Shown: piece after piece, positions 55,460 through 64,000 of the stretch | Position numbering within the stretch: position 1 is the first letter of the stretch | Layout of the letters: each line of letters begins with the position of its first letter | Assembly (NCBI GenBank): GCA_951406725.2 | Contig: OX597841.1 | Coordinates: forward strand, 1,550,001 to 1,614,000 | Length of the DNA stretch: 64,000 nt | Reading direction: 5' to 3' | Source of the DNA: Octopus vulgaris | Taxonomy: Eukaryota | Notes under the pieces: generated by a model | Told to the model about the DNA's origin: nothing | The model's database searches: none | The model's input: only the letters and a program-made list of their open reading frames with translations | Made by a program: the position numbers and the translations under genes

Positions 55460-55863
55460 TTACTCTTTTACTTGTTTCAGTCATTTGATTGCGGCCATGC
55501 TGGAGCACCGCCTTTAGTCGAGCAACTCGACCCCGGGACTTATTCTTTTGTAAGCCCAGTACTTATTCTATCGGTCTCTTTTGTCGAACCGCTAGGTAAC
55601 GGCGACATAAACACACCAGCATCGGTTGTCAAGCAATGCTAGGGGGACAAACACAAACACACACACGCATATATATATATATATATATATACATATATAC
55701 GACGGGCTTCTTTCAGTTTCCGTCTACCAAATCCACTCACAAGGCTTTGGTCGGCCCGAGGCTATAGTAGAAGACACTTGCCCAAGGTGCCACGCAGTGG
55801 GACTGAACCCGGAACCATGTGGTTGGTAAACAAGCTACTTACCACACAGCCACTCCTGCGCCT
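55460..55863 (-). mobile_element. SINE type B
   Basis: Full reverse copy. Confidence 0.9.
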
Positions 55864-56330
55864 ATATGAATAAATATTCGAAAATATTTGTATAGATACT
55901 GTTATTAACTATTATCGTTAATATAACAATAATATGGGTGGCCAACAAGCAAAATCCGATAAATGGCAAATCCCGGGCAGGAGACGAACAAGAACACGTC
56001 TTCCTTGTTCCAGCTACAACGGAGAGAACGAAAGAAAGTTGGCCGATGGTCACGTGGGAGACACATGAGTAGAGGAGGAGGTGTGAGGGAGAGAGAGTGA
56101 CAGAGTAATAGTATAGAATACTGGGAGAAGAGGAGGTAAAATAATAAGAGAGAGTAAAGGAGAGAAAAACGAAAGAGTAAAAAGATCGTATAGCGTGCGC
56201 ATCAGAATTATTAAGATAAAACTTACTTGGAAGAGGATTCGTGGCGTTCAATCATATAATAGTAATAATAATAACAATATATGTATGTATATACATACAA
56301 ACATATACATATATATATGTGTATGCGCAT

Positions 56331-56655
56331 GTCTCAGTGATTAGAGCGTCCAGCTTACGATCCTGAGGTTGTGAGTTCGATTCCCTGACCGGGCTGCGTG
56401 TTGTGTTCTTGAGCAAGACTCTTTATTTCACATTACTCCAGTTCACTCAGGATTAGAAATGAGTTACGACATCACTGATATCAAGCTGCATTGGCCCCTT
56501 TGCCTTTCCCTTGGATAACATCAGAGGTGTGGAGAGGGGAGGCCCGTATGCATTGGCGACAGCTGGCCTTCCACAAACAACCTTGCCTGGATTTGTGCCT
56601 CGGAGGGTAATTTTCAAGGTGCAATCCCATGGTCATTCATGACCGAAGGGGGTCT
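56331..56655 (+). mobile_element. tRNA-derived SINE type E
   Basis: CTCAGTGATTAGAGCG (A box), GAGTTCGATTCCC (B box), core GTGTTCTTGAGCAAGAC. Confidence 0.7.
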
Positions 56656-57060
56656 CCTCCTCCTAAATATATAGTTGGAATTTACAGAAAAAATAGACGA
56701 AGACTGATGCATAAACAACAAACAGATGTATTACTTTAACGCTCGGGAAGTGAGAAAATCTTTTAGGTTTTGAGCCTACGCTCTTCAACAGAAAGGAACA
56801 CAGAAAAAAACAGAGCGAAAATAATAAAAAAAAGGTTTAGTGGATAGCGATCAATCATGGCGAATATGGATTTGCCATTTAGCAAAAGCCGATAAATGGC
56901 AAATCTCTCACTCTATATATATATGGATTTACGTATTTACCATTTAGCAAAGGCCCATAAATGGCAAATCCATATATATATATAAATATGTACGTTTGTA
57001 TGTATGTATGTATGTATATTTATATATTGATTTGGTACTTGGCAAACGCTGTTGAATGAC

Positions 57061-57093
<33 letters not shown>

Positions 57094-57611
57094 TGTATGT
57101 ATATAGTGCACAGCCTGTCCTTATTCACGCACACACACGTCCATTTCATATACACGTACGTACATCTTTCACTTTCTCCCCTCTTTCACTTTAAAACAAA
57201 AGTAAATAAATAAAAACAAATTTACGAAAATTAACGAACTCCGGATGATGAAACCACATTCAGTAAGAAATATTTCTAAAAGATTAAAATATTGTGTACG
57301 TCAAAACGTCAACGGACTTTTTTTCTTAGAGAGCGTGAAGACACTGTGTGTGTATATGTCACAGATAGTGAGCGTGTGTTTGTGTTGAATAAAACGCCAT
57401 GACATTCATTATATATGTGTGTATGTTCATTGACATCATAGAAACCATTCCGTTTAATCGTTTAAATAGCGGTCCAAATGTCACAAAACTCTGAACCGCA
57501 CTGCAGAAAATAAGTATGAAAATAAATATGTAACAAAAAATTAGAATAAAATATACTATTTCTTAGCTATTTCAGTTACACACAAACATCCCTAGAGTTT
57601 TAGTATTGTCA

Positions 57612-57672
<61 letters not shown>

Positions 57673-57889
57673 TATATATATACATACATACTTACATACA
57701 TACATACATATATATATATATATACATACATACTTACATATATATATATATATATATATATGGACTTGCCAATGCCATTTAGCAAAAGTCGATAAATGGC
57801 AAATCTCTCTCCCACCCCACCCCATATGTATGTATGTATATGGATTTGCAATTAAGCAAAGGCCAATAAATAGAAAATCCATATATATG

Positions 57890-58040
<151 letters not shown>

Positions 58041-58653
58041 ATTTGACATGGGCGATTCTTTCTTGTCTTGGGATTGACGGTCAAACGGCTGGGTGGAATT
58101 GCACGAAAAATTACACAGATGTGTAGAATGATCCGATGGTGTTACTGGGCTTTGTATTTTTTCATAGCTCCCATGGTTACCGAGATAATCTACTATAATA
58201 ATACTCTTGTGTTTATGAATGAGAAAGGAATGGGGAAGGAAGGGGGTGATGTCATACTTGGTAGTGGGATGATGAAAATTGTACGCTGAAAAAATAAATC
58301 AAACAGCGTTTCAACTCTGTGTGAATATATATGTGTGTATATAAAATGGGGGTATGTGAATGTGTGTGTTTTTGCGCGTGTGTATGTTTGTGTCTGTGTG
58401 TGAGCGTGTGCGAGCGCAATCGAACTGAGATGGTTCATCTTTGTTCCCTTAGTATTTGGGTTTATTTTTTGAATTGATTGAATCTTGGTTGGTTTTTTTT
58501 TATTGGTCAGTTATTTTTTAGCGTTTTGACAGAAAAAAGTCCCTCTAACATTATTTTTTAACGCAAGCGTGCCCAAACAAGTCGAATGCTTACACAGCAG
58601 GTTTTACAGCCACATCATCCAAGCCAACCGCGTGAAACCGAGCTTAGCTGCTA

Positions 58654-58693
<40 letters not shown>

Positions 58694-59079
58694 ATTTCCT
58701 ATTTGGCAAAGGCCGATAAATAGTAAATCCATATATATAATTGGTGTATTTATCGACAGACCGATAGATAAGCACTAATCTTTAGAAAACGTCCTGGGGG
58801 TCTATTCGTTTCGACTAAAACCTGCCATGGGATGCCCCAGCATGGCCACAGTAAAATTACTGAAGCAAATAGAAGTTAAAAGATACAAAAGGCAAAAAAT
58901 AAAATAGAAATAAATGGAAAAATAAATCTCTACTTCTCCTGCTGATGTAATTGTAGTCTTTGTTGATTCCAGATGACCACCACCACTGGTCGTGATTCAA
59001 CTAATCAATACCCATTCCTCTTCAATAACATAACTCTTCGATCCAACATCGATTGCTTTTGTGGTTCTCTTTTCCTTGA

Positions 59080-59471
59080 TGTATGTGTGTGTATGTATAT
59101 GTATGTATGTGTGTGTATGTATGTGTGTGTGTATGTATGTATATATGTATGTATGTGTGTGTGTATGTCTGTATGTATGTGTGTACGTATGTATGTATGC
59201 ATGTGTGTGTATGTATGTATGTGTGTATGTATGTGTGTATTTATGTATGTGTGTATGTATGTGTGTGTGTGTATGTATGTGTGTGTGTATGTATGTGTGT
59301 ATGTATGTATATATGTATGTCTGTATGTATGTGTGTACGTATGTATGTATGCATGTGTATGTGTATGTATGTGTGTGTATGTATGTATGTGTGTATGTAT
59401 GTGTGTATGTATGTATGTGTGTATGTATGTGTGTATTTCTGTATGTGTGTATGTATGTGTGTGTGTGTGTA

Positions 59472-59502
<31 letters not shown>

Positions 59503-59985
59503 GTATGTATATATATATGTGTGTATGTATGTATGTGTATGTATGTGTGTATGTATGTATGTACGTGTGTGTGTATGTATGTATGTGTGTATGTATGTAT
59601 GTATGTATGTGTGTATGCATGTATGTATGTGTGTGTATGTGTGTATGTATGTATGTATGTGTGTGTGTATGTATGTATGCATGTATGTATGTGTGTATGT
59701 ATGTATGCATGTATGTATATATGTATGTGTGTATGAATGTATGTATGTATGTGTGTATGTATGTATGTATGTTTGTATGTATGTATGTGTGTGTGTATGT
59801 ATGTGTGTATGTCTGTATGCATGTGTATATGTATGTATGTATGTATGTGTATGCATGTACGTGTGTATGTGTGTGTGTATGTATGCATGTATGTATGCAT
59901 GTATGTATGTATATATGTATGTATGTATGTGTGTATGTATGTATGTATGTATGTATGTGTGTATGTATGTGTGTATGTATGTATA
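59080..59985. repeat. (GTAT)n/(GT)n compound microsatellite
   Basis: Seen directly. Confidence 0.95.
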
Positions 59986-60296
59986 GGAATTAAGTGGGTC
60001 GTCATAAACTGGTGTGATAAATAGTGGGTCGCGGCTCTAAAAAGTTTGGGAACCACTGTATGAGGCTATTTTAAAAGGGTTATTGTTCGATAAATATAAA
60101 GGATGTATAGATATGTAAGCCGAGGCGTATTCACATGAATTTATCTTTAGCGTGTTATCAGGAGATGTACTTCAGCAACATCGGCGATCTGATAGGCATG
60201 ACTATCAGCGTGCTGACAGACATGCACTACATAACATCTCAGACCTTATATTGATCGCCCAGGCTGTCTCTCCTGTGAAATAAAATATATTAAGAC

Positions 60297-60344
<48 letters not shown>

Positions 60345-60346
<2 letters not shown>

Positions 60347-60855
60347 TTAATAAGGGTGAGAGAATTAGATACTAATTTAATAGTATATTTATTCAACACC
60401 AAGTGGCCTAGTGCTCGAGAAACCTGGATTATTATAATATTTTATAACATATTATAATATTTTTACAAAATAAATATAAGAGAGTGGTCACTATATTGCT
60501 CACTCTAGCACCAGTTAATCCAAAAGGTTTCAACCACGAAAATACATGTTTCCCATGAAAGTCAGTACGATTGTTAGCTCACACGGACAGGGCAAATAAA
60601 AAATAACAAAAATACAGATTATTTTGGGACAATTGTTTCGCTATTAATGAATTAAATGTAATTTTACTTACAAAAAAAATCCATTTGTAGCTCGTCAGCC
60701 AAAACTATCTGGATGAAATCCACTCAATCACACGCCAGATTTTACCATAACGATAAATACGCGTGTGGTTCAATTGATTACATCCGACGTTATAATTCAA
60801 ATGCCCCAACCAACAGCGCGCCAAACTTTCACGGAGGTGACCACTCTCTTATATT

Positions 60856-60857
<2 letters not shown>
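60345..60857. mobile_element. (TA)n-embedded Penelope-pLTR-like element
   Basis: Short inverted ends ATAAGAGAGTGGTCAC (~60477) and GTGACCACTCTCTTAT (~60837); contains a hammerhead. Confidence 0.7.
60622..60704 (-). ncRNA. canonical hammerhead ribozyme with an extended stem II
   Basis: Minus strand TTTTGG-CTGACGA-GCTA...TAGC-GAAA-CAATTG-T-C-CCAAAA; GUC triplet and a 6-bp stem I. Confidence 0.85.
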
Positions 60858-60899
<42 letters not shown>

Positions 60900-61317
60900 T
60901 CTCTTCTTACTCTTTTACTTGTTTCAGTCATTTGACTGCGGCCATGCTGGAGCACCGCCTTTAGTCGAGCAAATCGGCCCCAGGACTTATTCTTTGTAAG
61001 CCCAGTACTTATTCTATCGGTCTCTTTTGCCGAACCGCTAAGTGACGGGGACGTAAACACACCAGCATCGGTTGTCAAGCAATGCTAGGGGGTACAAACA
61101 CAGACACACAAACATACACACACATACATACATATATATAAATACATATATACGACGGGCTTCTTTTCAGTTTCCGTCTACCAAATCCACTCACAAGACA
61201 TTGGTCGGCCTGAGGCTATAGCAGAAGACACTTGCCCAAGGTGCCACGCAGTGGGACTGAACCCGGAACCATGTGGTTGGTAAGAAAGCTACTTACCACA
61301 CAGCCACTCCTGCGCCT
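60900..61317 (-). mobile_element. SINE type B
   Basis: Full reverse copy. Confidence 0.9.
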
Positions 61318-61551
61318 ACTGTGAAATAAAATATATAAAGACGTATATATATATACTAGCATATGGGGATTTCATTAACTGACAAGACAATACAGCATTT
61401 GTTTCTACATGTATCTATGAGGTACTGGAGTTGCCTAATAATAATGATTTCTCGTAAATAATTGATGTACTCTCACTTGCCTCCCGACACTAACACATTC
61501 ACTTCATTGAACACATAAATGTAAGGAAGATAACGTATGGGAGTGTATGTA

Positions 61552-61927
61552 TGGCGCAGGAGTGGCTGTGTGGTAAGTAGCTTGCTAACGAACTACATGG
61601 TTCCGGGTTCAGTCCCACTGCGTGGCATCTTGGGCAAGTGTCTTCTGCTATAGCCCCGGGCCGACCAATGCCTTGTGAGTGGATTTGGTAGACGGAAACT
61701 GAAAAAAGCCTGTCGTATATATGTATATATATATGTGTGTGTGTGTGTGTTTGTGCTTGGCCCCCCAACATCGCTTGACAACCGATGCTGGTGTGTTTAC
61801 GTCCCCGTCACTTAGCGGTTCGGCAAAAGAGACCGATAGAATAAGTACTGGGCTTTCAAAGAATTGCTCGACTAAAGGCGGTGCTCCAGCATGGCCGCAG
61901 TCAAATGACTGAAACAAGTAAAAGAGT
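61552..61927 (+). mobile_element. SINE type B
   Basis: Full forward copy with a small deletion in the 3' module. Confidence 0.9.
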
Positions 61928-61947
61928 ATGTATGTATGTAAGTATAT

Positions 61948-62290
<343 letters not shown>

Positions 62291-62357
62291 TATATATATC
62301 AACGTTTTCGTCAATGTATATATATATAATATATTGCAATGTTTTTGTAAAGAATAA

Positions 62358-62393
<36 letters not shown>

Positions 62394-62480
62394 AAGGGTG
62401 AAAAGGAACACACGAGTTGATATATATGAAAAAACAAGTAAAAAATAGAAAATGCTAAAATAATTTTATAGTGAACATTT

Positions 62481-62518
62481 CAGTACCGGTTTCGGTCATT
62501 TTGAGACCTTTTCAACTG
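62481..62518 (-). ncRNA. minimal hammerhead ribozyme, U3-A8 core variant
   Basis: Minus strand CAG-TTGAAAA-GGTC tcaaaat GACC-GAAA-CCGG-T-A-CTG. Confidence 0.75.
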
Positions 62519-62799
62519 TAACGATTAAATAATTAAATTTAGAAAAATTAGAAGAAAAGTTTTTTTAAAAGAATATTTCTATAGTAGTGTTCAGATTCTC
62601 CCAGATTCTCCCACCCCCTTTCCTCACCAGCCTTCCCTCTACTACCCTACCAAGAACTCACAACTACCTCGAACACACAAGTGCAAACAAGGGAGTCAGA
62701 GAAAGGCAGAATGCCACTTAAATCTGAACACTACTATAGAAATATTCTTTTAAAAAAACTTTTCTTCTAATTTTTCTAAATTTAATTATTTAATCGTTA

Positions 62800-62837
62800 C
62801 AGTTGAAAAAGTCTCAAAATGACCGAAACCGGTACTG
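62800..62837 (+). ncRNA. mirror copy of the U3-A8 hammerhead (one stem II mismatch)
   Basis: CAG-TTGAAAA-AGTC tcaaaat GACC-GAAA-CCGG-T-A-CTG. Confidence 0.65.
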
Positions 62838-62884
62838 AAATGTTCACTATAAAATTATTTTAGCATTTTCTATTTTTTACTTGT

Positions 62885-62986
<102 letters not shown>

Positions 62987-63244
62987 GCTGAATTTGTGTG
63001 TGTGTGTGTGGCAGGTTTGGTAGCCTTCAACTAACACTGTCTCCTCCGAGACCCTGCGGTGCAAGTTGACCAAAATTGAGAGTATGATAGAAGAAGGCTT
63101 GCTTTTCTTTCCGTAGAAGAAAAAATTCAAATCGGACCCTACATACCACACAGCCACTCCTACGCCTGTTTAACCTTTTTATATTTGTTATAAAATAAAA
63201 CTCGTAAACCCGAGGGCTCGTAAAGCGGGTCTTCATGAAATGAG

Positions 63245-63246
<2 letters not shown>

Positions 63247-63297
<51 letters not shown>

Positions 63298-63489
63298 CAC
63301 ACATACATACATACCTACCTACCTACCTACATGCATGCATGCATACATACATACATACATGCATACATACATACATACATACATACACATACATACATAC
63401 ATACATATATACATACCTACCTACATACATGCATACATACATACGTACATACATACATACATACATACATACATACATACATACATACA

Positions 63490-63523
<34 letters not shown>

Positions 63524-63822
63524 CATACATACATACATAAAACCGAGCCTGTCACCAAAGAGATAGAAAATGAATGAGAAACGAAATTTTGGTTGGAATG
63601 GTTATTGCGGTAATTTTATTTAGAAGCAACAGAGGACTTATGCTAAATGGTGGTGGTCACCTGGCATGGCTGGAGTTGAACAACAATATAAACTGCAACA
63701 AGAATGCCAATAGTCTAGAGTGGATAACCGGGATTGGTTTGTTTTATCGCAGCTGGATGAATATGGCCATGGAATCAGCTATACCATGTTCTGAAAGAAC
63801 AAGTACAACAACATACAGCAGC

Positions 63823-63897
<75 letters not shown>

Positions 63898-63901
63898 TGT
63901 G

Positions 63902-63966
<65 letters not shown>

Positions 63967-64000
63967 TGTAGTAGTAGTGGTGGTGGTGGTGGTGATGGTA
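63247..64000. repeat. (CATA)n tract (63247-63538) and (GTA)n/(GTG)n tract (63820-64000)
   Basis: Seen directly. Confidence 0.95.

Noticed and set aside
55975-56255. Purine-rich segment resembling a solo LTR
   Set aside because: No TG...CA ends, TSD or second copy could be established.
57243-57495. Box C-like GATGATGA suggesting a snoRNA
   Set aside because: No box D or terminal stem at a plausible distance.
58973-59080. Start of the 337-aa ORF or a possible exon after GATTCCAG
   Set aside because: The ORF is almost all (GTAT)n, and the apparent donor is just the start of the microsatellite.

Overview
AT-rich eukaryotic DNA full of (TA)n, (CA)n, (CATA)n and trinucleotide microsatellites. 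The SINE sequences look like octopus families; this comes from recognition, not a database search. Almost every ORF in the supplied track is a microsatellite or SINE artefact. I can support four kinds of content. (1) The 3' end of an unidentified + strand gene: a 34-nt internal exon (901-934), several candidate terminal exons (best 9115-9447 and 34361-34483) and a SINE-free, 3'UTR-like zone. (2) At least five SINE types, including one copy whose internal 184-bp segment is amplified about 25-fold. (3) piggyBac-like, Merlin-like and Helitron-like non-autonomous DNA elements, plus decayed R4-like LINE fragments. (4) The most striking feature: more than a dozen mutually unrelated 150-500 bp elements, mostly fold-backs inside (TA)n tracts. 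Many carry minimal hammerhead ribozymes with palindromic stem III, including compensatory core variants (U3-A8 and G3-C8). These fit truncated Penelope-like pseudo-LTR or retrozyme-type insertions. Two canonical-core hammerheads lie on the sense strand between the candidate alternative last exons.
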